The translations under genes were made by a program, and so were the position numbers. This document shows, in pieces, positions 11,747 through 24,957 of a DNA stretch of 64,000 nt. How positions within the stretch are numbered: position 1 is the first letter of the stretch; every line of letters begins with the position of its first letter. Origin of the DNA: Eukaryota sp. TZLM1-RC. Taxonomy: Eukaryota; Protista; Metamonada: BaSk clade. The notes below the pieces were generated by a model. The model was not told the origin of the DNA, ran no database searches, and saw only the letters and a program-made list of their open reading frames with translations. The stretch spans positions 1,550,001 to 1,614,000 of the forward strand of contig JAUPSS010000001.1 of NCBI GenBank assembly GCA_040285825.1. Reading direction: 5' to 3'.

Positions 11747-14020
11747 TTATAACCAAAAACCTTCTACAAAGTCGCGAAAAATATCAATCAAATACTTATT
11801 AGCAGGATACTGAATCCACCATGGAAAACAAGATAATTCAACTAAATATTCATTCTTGATTAGTTTAACAGATTTAATTAAACCTTGACTAATAAGTTTT
11901 GTTGGAGATAGAGGAGAATTTGACAAACTGTTTCTATCGAAACGAATTAATTGAATAAATTTTAAAGAAGGAAAGTTTTGCTCAGTGATATTGGTTGGAA
12001 CTACATGAATTACCAATTCCTTCAAATTTGCTAATTGTATTTTAGTACTGGAAGACTGCAATTGTAACTCCACTTCCAATTTAACAATAGATTGAGGTAA
12101 AGGTATTTGTCCTTCTAACATTTGGTATGAAACACCATCAGAACGTAAATCAGAACATACCACCAATTCTTTTAATGATGTGAGATAGCTTAAATCTGTA
12201 ACATTAATGTAAATGTTTTTAAGCACCAACTTCACTAGTGAAGTGGGTAATTGTTGTATGGTGAATGAACAAGCCAGTTCTAGACATTTGAGATTTGAAA
12301 AATGTACTAAATTGAGTTTACAAGATCTTGACTTCCCACCAAGCTTAATAACCTCAACATTTGGAAAAAAGGACAATAAATGCAGATTGTAGTCAACTGA
12401 ATCAAAGTAAACATCAAGTTTTTGAATTCTAGTATTAATTACTTTGGGAAAAGTGAATTCAAGAGTAAGTTGTAATTGTAAATCACAAATATCATCATTT
12501 AAATTTAAATCTTCAGGATCTTTCAAAAGCATTGTATTTTGAATTGGATGAGCATTAAACACTTCTTTGGCAAGTTTGGCTACTCTTTTACTAATTGAAC
12601 ATTTGGTGTAAAATCTTGCTTTAACATAAGGGTGATTACCAAACAAGTTTTTCAAAAACTCAAATAATTCCCAATAAACAAGGTTAATTAGACCACTAAA
12701 CATTCTATCCAAAGGTTTTTTTGAATGATGAAAACTGCCAAGTATTTCAGAACCAAATACTTTGACAGGTTGTGGTCGATCAATCAGATCACCTGTACCT
12801 AACTGACCTTTATAGTTCCTTCCCCAAGCCCAAACAGTGTTTTTGTTGTAGGCAAAAAGAAAGTTTTCACCTACAGAAATACCTTCTATATTAGTGAAAG
12901 CTTCAAGACAAATTGGTTCATCACAATCTTCATAAAGTTCACTAATTCTGCTTAAACTACCCCACACAAAAACTCTACCACTCTTGTTAATAGCAGAGTA
13001 AATACCATGAAACACCATAATAGAAACAATGTTAGTTAACCCTTTTACTTTGATGGGTTTGTTATTAAAAGAATCTTTGTTAGAAACATTGATAAACTGC
13101 CATACATCACCATTTATATCAACTACTAATATTTCATCTTTATTTCGAAAACCTCCTCGAACTAATGAAACAGAACCCTTAAACGGTGTTCTTGGAGTTA
13201 AATACTGAGTAACTGGTATCTTGGTGAAACGCCTCCCACTGTAATAAAAAAAATTGCCAATAGAATCAATTGCGATAAATGAACTACCATCAATGTAAAG
13301 AAACACAATATCATTTAAATCTTCAATTAATTCATATAATTTACGGTATCCCCATTTAATAACTTGACCTTCTGTGGTCAAAGCTAATGAAAAACAAGCT
13401 CCATTAAAAATTTCCTTAAAATTATAAGGAATCATTATCAAAGTAATTGGGAGAATACTACTGCTGGACATATTAATTTGATTGAACCTATTCCAACCCC
13501 AACCATATAACTTACCTTCAGAAGAAATGGCATGGGAATGATTGAAACCAGCGGAAATAGAAATAATGTTAGTTAATGGTATTTTGATTGGTGATTTGAT
13601 TACTTCCAATCCGTGATAAAGAACTTGACCATTAACATTATCTCCCCAACCATAAACCTCACCAGAATAAGTGAGGAGGAGGGTATGATAAAAACCACTT
13701 GAAATACACTTTACTCCAACCTCCCGATCGATCGGAGAGTGGCTTATTTGGGACCAAAAAACCGATGAATCACTGCGAGCACGTGATAAAGCAGCAGAAG
13801 ATGAACAACGGCGGTGTCTGCACTCAAAATATTCAGCTGTGTCAACTGGCACTGGAGGACACAAAGAGGAGGGACATGGTAAAACATTACCATGTGGAGA
13901 TCTATCACCCGTTGTTGAAAGAACAACAGATGAAATTTGTGAAGAGGTGGAATGAGAATGGTACGCATCTGACTCAACTGGAGCCGAATGATCAAGAGGG
14001 GGCATGTGAGGGGAATGCAT
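11747..14020 (-). CDS. RCC1-repeat protein with C-terminal leucine-rich-repeat region (757 aa, intronless)
   Basis: RCC1 repeats (SGFYHTLLLTYSGEVYGWGDN, WAWGRNYKGQLGTGD); LRR-like segments (FSNLKCLEL, LPTSLVKLVL, LTSLKELVV). Confidence 0.85.
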   Translation of the reverse strand: MHSPHMPPLDHSAPVESDAYHSHSTSSQISSVVLSTTGDRSPHGNVLPCPSSLCPPVPVDTAEYFECRHRRCSSSAALSRARSDSSVFWSQISHSPIDREVGVKCISSGFYHTLLLTYSGEVYGWGDNVNGQVLYHGLEVIKSPIKIPLTNIISISAGFNHSHAISSEGKLYGWGWNRFNQINMSSSSILPITLIMIPYNFKEIFNGACFSLALTTEGQVIKWGYRKLYELIEDLNDIVFLYIDGSSFIAIDSIGNFFYYSGRRFTKIPVTQYLTPRTPFKGSVSLVRGGFRNKDEILVVDINGDVWQFINVSNKDSFNNKPIKVKGLTNIVSIMVFHGIYSAINKSGRVFVWGSLSRISELYEDCDEPICLEAFTNIEGISVGENFLFAYNKNTVWAWGRNYKGQLGTGDLIDRPQPVKVFGSEILGSFHHSKKPLDRMFSGLINLVYWELFEFLKNLFGNHPYVKARFYTKCSISKRVAKLAKEVFNAHPIQNTMLLKDPEDLNLNDDICDLQLQLTLEFTFPKVINTRIQKLDVYFDSVDYNLHLLSFFPNVEVIKLGGKSRSCKLNLVHFSNLKCLELACSFTIQQLPTSLVKLVLKNIYINVTDLSYLTSLKELVVCSDLRSDGVSYQMLEGQIPLPQSIVKLEVELQLQSSSTKIQLANLKELVIHVVPTNITEQNFPSLKFIQLIRFDRNSLSNSPLSPTKLISQGLIKSVKLIKNEYLVELSCFPWWIQYPANKYLIDIFRDFVEGFWL

Positions 14021-15387
14021 ATAACTTTGATGGTTGAATTTTTGAATAATTAGCTATAATAATAATAATTAATAATAATAATTATTATACATAATAATGT
14101 ATGGTTTCATTCATAGATGGGCAATACACTTTATGTATTTTTTTGTATTTGACTTGTCTTCCGAGTAAATAACACCTGTATTCTAACAAACACCATTCTA
14201 TAACAAAACAAATTATTCTACAGCTGAAACATCTACGTCTTTTCTTCTTTCTGTAATCAAGAAGCCTCTGCATATCCACTGTATAACGCCACTTTGAACA
14301 CGTCAACAAATGACCTTTGTCTCCTCCCCCATCGAGTTGCATTAGCTTTGGGAAAGGCCTGACCACATCCTCCACATAAACTACCCATGTTGGCAGAGTT
14401 TTGCTTGTTTTTGATAAAGCACACGTGCAAGAGAGGATTGTCGGACTTAACATTGTTATGTTGAAATCCAGGAAGACGTGAAGGATTTACGACCGGAGAT
14501 GAAGAATGACTCATAAGAAGAAAAATACAAATAACCGGTTTGTATTAATACAAATACAAATACAAAATACAGAAGAATACAAGTATTTGTATTTTCCATT
14601 TATGGTTTTATTGAGCTGATCCAGGTGCCCTCATAGCCCAATATGTCTTTTAGTTTGTGTAGATACAATCTCACCTGTACTTTACCATGACATTGTTCAG
14701 TGGACACCACTAGTATCACCCAATTGGAATAGTTGTTTGGAAATGTATATTTCTTTATTAAAACCAAACACTCGTACACTGAACTCCAAATTACAACTTG
14801 ACTCGACTTGTGACATTTTCTAGAAAGCCGGTGAGATTGTTTCACGAAATAGATGTTCTCTCAGCCCCCCACTATGTTAGAGCTGCTGTGTGCTTACAGT
14901 TTTGGTGGGATTATTTTGGCGAATTACCGTTGTAGAATTCCTCATTTTTGTTTGTTTCAAGAACTTAGTTTCATGAAATTAATTGTGACAAATGTAGCAA
15001 TATAAGATTGTTGAAAATGAGCAATTACAATTAAGTCGACTTTATATGCTTGTGAGTTGAGATGATTCGACTGATTCGAATGCATAGGTCTGTATTAGAC
15101 GAATCAATAATTTATGTATTTCTTTGTTTCATTAATTTGATATCATTGATTCTACAAACATTCAAGCAGTTTTTGTAGAAAATATTGCTTTGTGCTGCAT
15201 GTATTACAGAATGGAAAGTGTTTTCTATAAACCGAGTGTGTTCGCAGTTTTAAAAACCTTTTATTTTATTTTTTTTACTTTTATATTGGTTACCATATTG
15301 AGGTTGGTTAAATGTGGATTTCCTTTTAATTGGTTGTTACATGAAATGACTGGTTATATAGATAAATTTCACAACGGACAAATGCTC

Positions 15388-16583
15388 TCAAGTCAGAGAC
15401 AAAAGACCATTATTCAAGATGTTATGGTGATGGTGAATAAAAATCTCCAATTGGATGCACAAAGTTGTCTCTAACTTATACTTTTGTGGGAGTAGAAGAC
15501 AATTTTGTTTCTTTGAATAGGTCGTCTCATTATTTCTTATTCAATTGTTTTATGGTATCAAAATTACTATACAAAGTTGGAAATAAAATCTGAATGAGGT
15601 GGTAACTAATCTGTACCCAATGCCATATTTTTTCATTAGAGAAAATTTCAAAAATGCAAGTTGCGATTTCCTCGATTACGAAATGCCCTTACATCACACA
15701 GATTATCAAGCTGTCCTTCAATATGTCAAACTCTTGTTGTTTATAATTGTTCCACAAACGTGAGATAAATTTAACGTTAAGTAGACAATTGCAACAAATG
15801 ATATCGGATAGAACAACTTATTGGTGCTAGTAATAAGGGCATTTATAGTTAAACACAGCAATCAATGAACAAACGGGTGAAATTATTATTGAAACAATAA
15901 TCCCAAGAAGTTGTTAAGGCATCCAAATGTTCCTTGATCAATTAAGATATTCAGCTACGTTTTTTCAGTAATTAGTGTTTTTAAAATGTTATTCAATTAG
16001 TTAGACAGACTTTTGGAGACTGAAAATTTAGCCGATTTCTCTATCAAAATCTTTTATTTGAAATTCCACACTAAATATAATAAACTCAGCACCAATGGGA
16101 TGTAATTCATTGAACCAAAATTTCCTCTACAAAATCTTGATTTGCTAGTCTAGCTAAAGCTTCTCTAATTCGATTGAGGAACGGAGGAGATCTATTAATT
16201 AATGCAAATTGTATTCGAGAGGGCCATAAAGACATCAAATCTCTTCATTGTTTTTTCTGGAACCATTTTTCGGAAATCATTCAAAAAAAATTCCTGCTTT
16301 TACTAATAGTCTTCCATTTATCGAAAATGGGAAAAAACTGCCTGGAAAACAAAAACTGAAAACAAACAAAGGAAAACTGTGGGAATTCTTCCATTTTATT
16401 GCAAAAAATTTTGTCCCAAAGTTATAAATTTCCAATGTTTTCGGCCATCAAGTTTTTACAAACACACGTTTCAGAATAGTGTATTGAAAAGTGAATTTTG
16501 AAACAATCTCCAGAAAGAAAAACTAAGTCCAAATCTGATGTCAACCTTTACTCAACAACTCAATGATATTGTACTTATAGATC
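15388..16583 (+). repeat. Segmental duplication copy 1 (paralogous to 20567-22093), ending in the first ~15 codons of the KBP gene
   Basis: Colinear similarity over ~1.2 kb; ATGTCAACCTTT...GATATTGTAC at 16538 versus 22048; includes a minus-strand RLE 3' fragment at ~16110-16400. Confidence 0.85.
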
Positions 16584-17168
16584 AAGGAGAAATTGTTTGT
16601 TTCCAGGTTTTAGAACACAAGAACCTACAGTGTTTTGATGGCGAAATTGATGATAAATAAATTCCAAAGTCGACTTAGCTCATTGAAGTCACTGTAACAA
16701 CTGACTTCAAGATGTAATTGTCAAATTGAACTTTAACAACGAGCATCTGATCAAAAAGTATTATTTGTCTCTAAACCTGCTTTACTGTTGATTATGACTA
16801 TGTTCTTGGGACATGAGGGTGTATAGGGTGTATTGCAGTATGTAATTTTTCACGTGGAATATGGTATTTCCCTCAACTTGAGCACAAAAGGGGAATATTC
16901 ATTATACTACAAACTGAGTAAATTACAATAGAAATACAATATTGAATCTTCAAGGTTAACACCACTTCTGTTTGGGAGAAGAATTAACAAAACATCGTGA
17001 GGGTCAAAAAACGTAACTTGTAATTTTTGGATTTTGCGTTTTGACCTAAACCAATTGTCATGTTGCAGTTTTGTATATTGGGGACGTCTCGAGTTGTTTG
17101 ATTATTATTGATATTCATATTGCAAAAATTTCAAACAAAAACACATTTTTTCACTTTCTTCAACAGTC

Positions 17169-18858
17169 ATGAGCAAACCACAGGAGATACTTGTATGTCA
17201 ACAGTAGCATCTGACACCAGAAGCAAACACACCCTTCAGTCGATTTGGAGCAACCACTTATCACAAAGCTCAATGACACTGTTGATCGGACCACCAAACC
17301 TCAAACCAAGAATACAGCATGTTTTATTCTTTTCATTGGTGTTGTGATCGCCGCAATGGTTTTCTTTGTTCTGATCATGAGTGATGAAATTCCATCCGAT
17401 CCATCCGATCCGAGGACTTCTTTTTCCATTTCAGGGTCTGTTTTATTGGAAGGTCAATCCTTCGAAGCTGATGTTGTTGCTGGTATCGAAGGCTCTGAAA
17501 AGGAAGAATCAACAACTACAACTAACGGCCATTTTGATATCATTCTGCTTGCAAATCCGGATGATATTGTTAAAATAGCAGTCTCAAGTCCTGACCAGTG
17601 TTTTGAATCATTAAAAATTACAGAAGTTGTCTCTGAAGCACATAATTTGTCTATTGGTCCCAAACCAGCATCTAAAGAGTTTGAAGTTTCAGGAACGGTT
17701 TATTTTGACGGTTCACCTTCATCCAACGCTTGGGTTTCAGTTAAAGCTACTGAAGGGTCTTCAGCACAAAGGAGCCAAAGTACTGACTCTTCTGGAAGAT
17801 TCAGCCTTATTGTTGATGGATACTGCAGATCTGATTTTGATGTTGCTGTCACCGCCACTGATGATTCTTTTGATGATAAATTGCTTACTGTATCCATGGA
17901 TGATCGTCAAAACGTAGACATAACAGTGATTAAGACCTACACTGTTACTGGAACATTGTATTTATGGGATGAGCCTTCTGATGTTGTTGACGTACGCCTT
18001 ATTGACTCTGCAAATACCACTCACCGTGTCAAACCCAATTCAAATGGCCATTTTACGTTCTCTAAGGTTGCTAAAGGTCCAGGTGAAATTGGTATTTATC
18101 CTTATTGGGAGTACATGCACTATGATATTGATGTTTGTGAGGACATGAATCATTATAACATTACTGTTTATGAAAGTACGCAAATTACCATGAAAGTTAA
18201 GCAAAACGGATATTCTGTGGCTGGTGCTATGATTGACTTTAATGGAGAGGATTCCTTGGTGACCAATAGCAATGGAATCATCAGAAGGTATGTTGACATT
18301 AAACATGGAGCCTCATATACAATCACTGTATATGGTCAACGCCACATGCCGTTGTCCACTGAGTTTTTCATTGGAGATGATCCAACAATCATTTTTGATC
18401 TCACCCCTGCTTCCATCGAGTTTACCCACAGTGGTGATGTTGTAGCTATTGATTTTGCAAGAGAATACTGGTATGATTCTTCCTCATTACACTCTGAATG
18501 GTCTAATGTTGCCTTTTGTCAAGATGGAACAATTTACTGGAATAATTGTGGAAGTTCTATGAATAATGTCATCTGTGTCAGTCATATTCATGATTTGTCT
18601 TTTAAACTCTTCCCAGATTGGACTTCTAGGAACATTGAGTTCACTAATCAACGTCACACAATTGGGGGTCAAGAGTGTATGGAAGTAAGATGGGATGAAG
18701 AAAAGACTGTCCATCATTTTTGGTGCCTGACAAATGAAAACCACAATCTCAAATATGAACGCTTCAAACGAAGCTTTTTTATCTGGAACAGCGTAGAGGA
18801 AGTTCATTTCAGGGACCATGTTTACCATAGCCGCTATTCGAGATACCAAAATTGTTGA
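17169..18858 (+). CDS. Type II single-pass membrane protein with repeated beta-sandwich (carboxypeptidase-regulatory / prealbumin-like) domains; exons 17169-17192 and 17221-18858
   Basis: A 28-nt intron GTATGT...CTGAC.ACCAG (17193-17220) puts ATG 17169 in frame with the long ORF. TM segment ACFILFIGVVIAAMVFFVLIM; repeated 'SG.V...T...G.F' modules. Confidence 0.75.
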
Positions 18859-19964
18859 AGATAAATATTGTAGCAGTTGAATTTCGTCACCATACTATTC
18901 TGCTTTTAGCATAAATTTCATGTAAAAAATAATGAACAATGTTTTGAAAAACACTATAGCAATATCAACACTTTGTTTGTTCTTTTTTGTGGTAACTCAA
19001 TGTGACCTTTCGATTCAGGAAAGTATCACGTAATTATGAATTAAAATTCATTGTCTCATTGATATTTTTTGATTTCTTCCATTCAAATTCACACACTGAT
19101 ATTTTCTATTTAAGTTGAACTGTGCACAGAAAGCAATACCAAAAGGAATTGTTTTTCGAATTATGGGGACTAATATTGCATGAAATCCGTAATATGACGT
19201 GTTTCAAAACACTCGTTTCCAGCAATGTTAACTGCACAAGACCGAGTGAATACACGTGGCACAGAATGGGTGTCTGTCATGTAGTGAGAATATACCTCTC
19301 ATCTATCAAATTTTACTCTTGTCACTCCATTTTGGACTTCTTGTTGCCTGTTCTGGGAGGTTTTCACCATTCCCACACTTCTCCCTCACTTGATAAACTA
19401 GGTTCCTATTTCCCTCACTCAACTGTTGATTCGAGCTTTAGGATTCCTCTGTAATCTTTTAACCTTTTCTATAACTCCTTCAGTTCATGCTCCACTACTG
19501 GCCCTCCACAAACTGCAACTTATGCTGCTCTACCACCGACGCCTCAACCGGTACAGTCCATGTACACACCTCCTGCTCCTCGCTCATCCGGTAATGATAC
19601 CTGGAAAACTTTCCTTGAAAGCTCTGCTTGGAAGTTAAACAAAACTGTTAGTCATTCATCAAACAAAAACGCTTCTTTCCCTAGCATATTCCTTGATTTG
19701 AAGCTTTCTGATGGCATTTCATAGGAAAATGTTTAAATTGAGCTAAACGAACGAGAACTGGAAGCCTGTTTCAATACCATTGAAGATATCTTTGTTCATT
19801 TAGACAACCTATAATAAAGTAAGTTATTTTGTGAACAAATATTTGATGTTTTTTGTTGTTTATTTGAACATTAATGGCACGTTATTATGCTAAAAAGCTC
19901 CTAATCTGTGTGTTTTAGGTTTTGTGTATTTTACACCATTAAATAAAAGTTGAAAACTAAGGCC

Positions 19965-20170
19965 CATATATGGCGTAGAAACCAGACGTTGGTGCAAGAT
20001 CTGGTTGGAAAATAATCAATAGATTACCTCGTTTCTTTTATCGAATAAGTGCAGCAATGTCGAGAAAACAAGCAGACCAAAATTTTGTAGAGGAAATCTT
20101 GGTTCAGTGAATTTCGTCCTATTAGTTATGAGTTAATTTTGTTAAGTGTGGAAGTTTAATAAATAAATAA
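19965..20170 (+). mobile_element. 3'-terminal fragment of an RLE non-LTR element
   Basis: INRLPRFF.RISAAMSRKQADQNFVEEILVQ* plus AATAAA; matches 21540-21700. Confidence 0.65.
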
Positions 20171-20566
20171 CTAATTTATCTACTGCTATTTTCCGACAAT
20201 TTCAATTGTGAGATAAATAATCAGACTAGAAAAGTAACGAAATCTCATTCATTCTTATGAAAATCATCAGTATTAAACAGATTTGACAAAAGAGGTTCCA
20301 AAAAGGATTCAATTCTATGAAGTTTACACATACAATATAACTGGTCTCTTACAGAATCGTGAACCTTGCTTCTAAAAGTAATAAAATGTTTACAATTTAA
20401 CAAATGAGTCATTGTAATTTTTTGAAAACATTCACATATTTAATTTTGAGGTAAATTATCAGGCCAGATAAAGAAACGAAATCTCATATTCAAAGTCCAC
20501 GCAGAATCAGTTAAGAGAGTACCATAAACTTAAGGAATTGTTGTTTCTAAGGCATAAGAAGTACTA

Positions 20567-22093
20567 TCAAGGCAGAGACAAAAGACCATTATTATAGACG
20601 TTACCGTGATGGTGAATGCAAATCTCCAATTGGTCAAACAAACTTGTCTCTAACATATACTTTTGGGAGAGTTGAAGGCAATTTTGATTCATTGAGTAGG
20701 TTGTCTCATTATTTCTTATTCAATTGTTTAATGGTATCAAATTTACTATACAAATTTGGAAATATAATCTGAATGAGTTGTTAACTAATTTGGAATCAAT
20801 GCCATATTTTTTCATGTGAGAAAATTTAAAAAATACAAGTTGCGATCTCCTCGATTACGAAATGTCCTTACATCACACAGATTATCAAGCTGTCCTTCAA
20901 TATGTCAAACTCTTGTTGTTTATGATCATTGCACAAAAGTGAGATAAATTTAACGTTAAATAGACAACTGTAACAGATGATATCGGATAAAAAAACTAAT
21001 TGGTACTAGTAATAAGGGCATTTTTAGTTAGGCACAGCAATCAATGAACAAACGAGTAAAATTATTATTGAAACAATAATGCCAAGAAGTTGTTAAGGCA
21101 TCCAAATGTTATTTGATTAATTTAGATATTCAGGTACGTTTTTTCAGTAATTAGTGTTTTTAAAAGGTTATTCAAATAGTTAGACAGACTTTTCAAGACT
21201 GAAAATGTAGTCGATTTCTCTATTAAAATCCTTTTTTTTGAAATTCCACACTAAATATAAAACTCAGCACCAATGGGACGAATATCATTGAACCAAAATT
21301 TCCTCTACAAAATCTTGATTTGCTAGTCTAGCTGAAGCTTCTCTAATTCGATTGAGGAAGGGAAGAGATGTATTAATTATTGCAAATTGAATTCGAAAGC
21401 GCCATAGAAATACACAGCTGGTTTTTATTGCTTTTCCATTTTCGATAAATGGAAGATTATCAGTTGAAGCAGAAACTTTTTTGGATGACTTCCAAAAAAT
21501 GGTGAAAGAAAAAACAATGAAAAGATTTGATATTTTTTTATGGCGTTCACGGATTCAATTTGCCATTATTAATAGATTACCGCGGTTTTTCAATCGAATT
21601 AGAGAAGCTTTAGCTAGACAGCAAGCAAATCAAGATTTTGTAGAGGAAATCTTGGTTTAATGATAGTCGTCCCATTAGTTATGATTTAATTTAATCAAGT
21701 GTGCAAATTCAATAAATTAATTAAATGAAAAAGCGCCATAAAGATATCAAATCTCTTCACTGTTGTTTCTTGGACCATTTTTCGGAAATCATTCAAAAGA
21801 ATTCCTGCTTCTACTGATAGTCTTCCGTTTATGGAAAATGGTAAAGCACTGTTAGGAAAACAAAAACTGAAAACAGACAAAGTAAAACTGTGGAAATTCT
21901 TCCATTTTATTGCAAAATATTTTGTCCCAAAGTCATAAATTTCCAATGTTTTCGGCCATCAAGTTTTTACAAATTCACGTTTCAGTATAGGGTATTGAAA
22001 TGTGAATTTTGAAACAATGTCTTGAAAGAAAAAACAATTCCATACACATGTCAACCTTTGTTCAACGACTTCATGATATTGTACTCATAGATC
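20567..22093 (+). repeat. Segmental duplication copy 2 (upstream region and start of KBP)
   Basis: Colinear with 15388-16583 apart from the insertion at 21407-21729. Confidence 0.85.
21407..21729 (+). mobile_element. 5'-truncated non-LTR insertion with 11-bp TSD, nested antisense in a copy of its own family
   Basis: AAAGCGCCATA at 21396-21406 and 21730-21740; encodes FPFSINGRLSVEAETFLDDFQKMV...EEILV*; absent from the paralogous block at ~16215. Confidence 0.85.
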
Positions 22094-23691
22094 TTCAAGA
22101 TGCCCCTGATACCAACCCTTTCATTCACAAATACACTGCTCGAGACCTCTATCAATCCCTTTATGATGAACTTTCAGAACCATCAAAGCCAGAGGAAGAC
22201 CCCATTCATACCCTCAATCTCCTCACCATACGCTCTAGATTAGCCATAAACTATTTCAACACAGAAGAAACTTCTGAAGCCTCTCGTCGCCTCGAAAGCC
22301 TTCTTCCAGAGTTTCTTTCCCATTTACATGGTAGAGAAGATCTTGAGATAGACTGTTATATTTCTGAATACTTTGAAGCTGTTAATTCCTTGGCCGTCAT
22401 TAAAGCCAACAGATCTGAATTTGAGGAAGCTTCAACTATATTAACAAGTTGTTTAGAATTTGCTACATCTCTCAATCTTGTCCCCTCTCTAGAATTGATT
22501 GAATCTGGAAAATCTAACCCCAACCCCAACCCTAACACCAACGCTTTTCCTGGAACATCTCCAGCTTGTGAGCATTTAACACAGTCACTTTATTTGTTGG
22601 CACAAGTTCGAACTTCTCTACACGACAAAGTTTCTGCTGCAAATCTCTTAAAAGCGGTTTTAGCCAGAAAACAAGGAAGTATATCAGAAGAGGAAAGAAT
22701 TACGTGGTCAAATCATATGATTGATCTCGCACAGTTTTTTATTGATAATAATGATTTAAATGATGCTGAACAATTACTAATACAATCTAGAGAAATTCTA
22801 AGTAATTTGGATGGTGAAACTGTATTGGAAACCGAAAGTACCATTAATTCTCATTTAGGTAGATTAGAGTTGGCTAGATTAGTTGATTTATGTGAAGATA
22901 AACAATCAAACAAGCACGTGGATATATCTCTAGTAGATCGTCTTTATCGTTCTGCTTTGGAGTACTTCCACGATGCACTGTCTTTCTTTGTTTTAGACGG
23001 CTACGTCACAGATCATATCACACTGTTAAAATGTACATCACAAGCACATAGATGCATGGCCCTTTGCTGTGATGACAGAGAACATGCGTTGCGATATCAT
23101 GAGAAGCGACTTCCACTGTTGGAATCCATAATACCAACTCTTAATCCCCAGCCTTACTCTGACATTATAAGGGTTATGCGCTTGGATGTTGCAGATGTTT
23201 ATTACTTCTTGCTAGAGGGAAAACGTGCTCTAGCAACTGATATAAAGGAAATTCACAAGAAATGTGTCTCTCTTGCACGTACAGCCCTCCGGCATTGTTT
23301 ATATGTCCGTATATCATGTATAAGGGATGGCTCTCGCAGGGATGATGTTCTATCCATTGTAGATAAAGACTTTGGTCTTGTCTTTGATCCTTTGAAAGAG
23401 TACAAGCGTCCTGAAGAATATGGAAAAGTAGTGAGATCATCCATTGAGTACATTGGAGATGATTTCCTTGATACCTATCTTTCAGCCACTTTTCTTTCAG
23501 CAAAGTTATGGACGACCATCCCCGCTTTGGATCCAATGCAAGAGTCTGCCTATGCTGTTCGTGGCATGATGTACTATGATCAAGTGTGTGAGATTCTTAG
23601 TGTTCATCCTGCGAGGTCTCATTTTGAAAATGAGTTGGAAATTGCGAGCAAAATGAGAGATTTATTAAAAATGAAAGTGGGAATTAATTGA
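22048..23691 (+). CDS. KIFBP: KIF-binding protein (KBP) homologue, TPR-like
   Basis: YFNTEE, TQSLYLLAQV, FFVLDGYVTDH, HEKRLPLLESIIPTLNPQPY and FENELEIASKMRDLL are KBP_C family-type motifs; first ATG at 22048. Confidence 0.8.
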   Translation: MSTFVQRLHDIVLIDLQDAPDTNPFIHKYTARDLYQSLYDELSEPSKPEEDPIHTLNLLTIRSRLAINYFNTEETSEASRRLESLLPEFLSHLHGREDLEIDCYISEYFEAVNSLAVIKANRSEFEEASTILTSCLEFATSLNLVPSLELIESGKSNPNPNPNTNAFPGTSPACEHLTQSLYLLAQVRTSLHDKVSAANLLKAVLARKQGSISEEERITWSNHMIDLAQFFIDNNDLNDAEQLLIQSREILSNLDGETVLETESTINSHLGRLELARLVDLCEDKQSNKHVDISLVDRLYRSALEYFHDALSFFVLDGYVTDHITLLKCTSQAHRCMALCCDDREHALRYHEKRLPLLESIIPTLNPQPYSDIIRVMRLDVADVYYFLLEGKRALATDIKEIHKKCVSLARTALRHCLYVRISCIRDGSRRDDVLSIVDKDFGLVFDPLKEYKRPEEYGKVVRSSIEYIGDDFLDTYLSATFLSAKLWTTIPALDPMQESAYAVRGMMYYDQVCEILSVHPARSHFENELEIASKMRDLLKMKVGIN

Positions 23692-24957
23692 ATCTAGGAT
23701 ATAAAGCTTGTGTATTCTTTGATTTTGTTTTGCTTGTTCCTCTTTTTTCCATATGAATGAAGAATAGTGTTCAATTTTAAACTTCAATGGTATTTGTAGA
23801 TGTGTAAATAAGACCAAAATTTCTACAAGAACATATTACTGGATTTTTATTCTCACCATTTAAAGTTGTTTTGCATTACCACTGATTAAACCTTGAACTT
23901 ACTCTTCTATCAGGTTTTCAGTTCTATAGGTCAAAAAAATGATCTTAGAAATTGGTCTGTCCCTCTAGTTGCGTCATTGTTCACAGGGTGATTCATCAGT
24001 GAAATATCGAAGGTGCTGTAAATTTAAATGAATATTCTGCTGAACTGAAAGAAAACGATGAATTTGTAATTGTAAAAGCCCAAGTATGATTCGGGTGATA
24101 ACAATGAATTTTTTCAAAGAAAGTGATCAATACTTGAAGTTCAGTGTTGACAAATGTTCCCCATAATAATAGAAGATATTACGAAATAGATAATATTGGG
24201 CAGAAGAAACGATTGTTTTTGAGTTGCTAATTGGTATATCAGTAACAAACTAAGAGAATGGTTTTCAGCATTGCCGTGTTTTAAATTAGTCTTATCTAAA
24301 ATAATGAAGCAAATGTTTAAATGATTTTTTGTGATTCATTGGTTATATTTTTGTTCCTGAAAATAGAAACACTAAAATAGTACAAAGTTTTCTAACCAAT
24401 AATACTTCATAATTATGACAAATTGAACCTAAACAGCAATGAATCAAAATTGATTGATTCTGATTGATTGATTCTGTTATATTGACCGTCGTGAAAATCA
24501 CATAAGCTTTATTCTGACAAATAAAGTTGGTATCTCTAGTTAGAGTGAAAATTGCACCACTTAACTTCTGATACTGGTAGAATATAGTGGCATATACAGC
24601 AGACTGCAAGTTGAGTTGGTAGATCTCGCGTAGTGCCAAGTTAAATCCTACTATTTGTTCATAAAACAATTTATTAGCACAGTTTTTTTCAAGATTGTGG
24701 TGTGTTAGTGATGCTGAAATTTCAAATAGATAGCTGTAGCCAAAAAGAGAAATAAGGGACAGCTCTCAGTTGTTGGGAAATGAATTTTGGTATGTCATTG
24801 TGCAACGAAGTTGAATCACAGAGCACAAGATGTTTGACGTCGATGCTTTTAAACTAGTATTGAAAAGTAAGAAAGACAAGTGTGGTGAAAAGGAACCACT
24901 TGACCTTAATCATAAGTTTTGATCAAGGTTGATTCAAAACCTTGATTGAACAGATAA

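Noticed and set aside
19290-19820. Pro/Thr-rich coding-like stretch
   Set aside because: Multiple stops and no recognisable motif.
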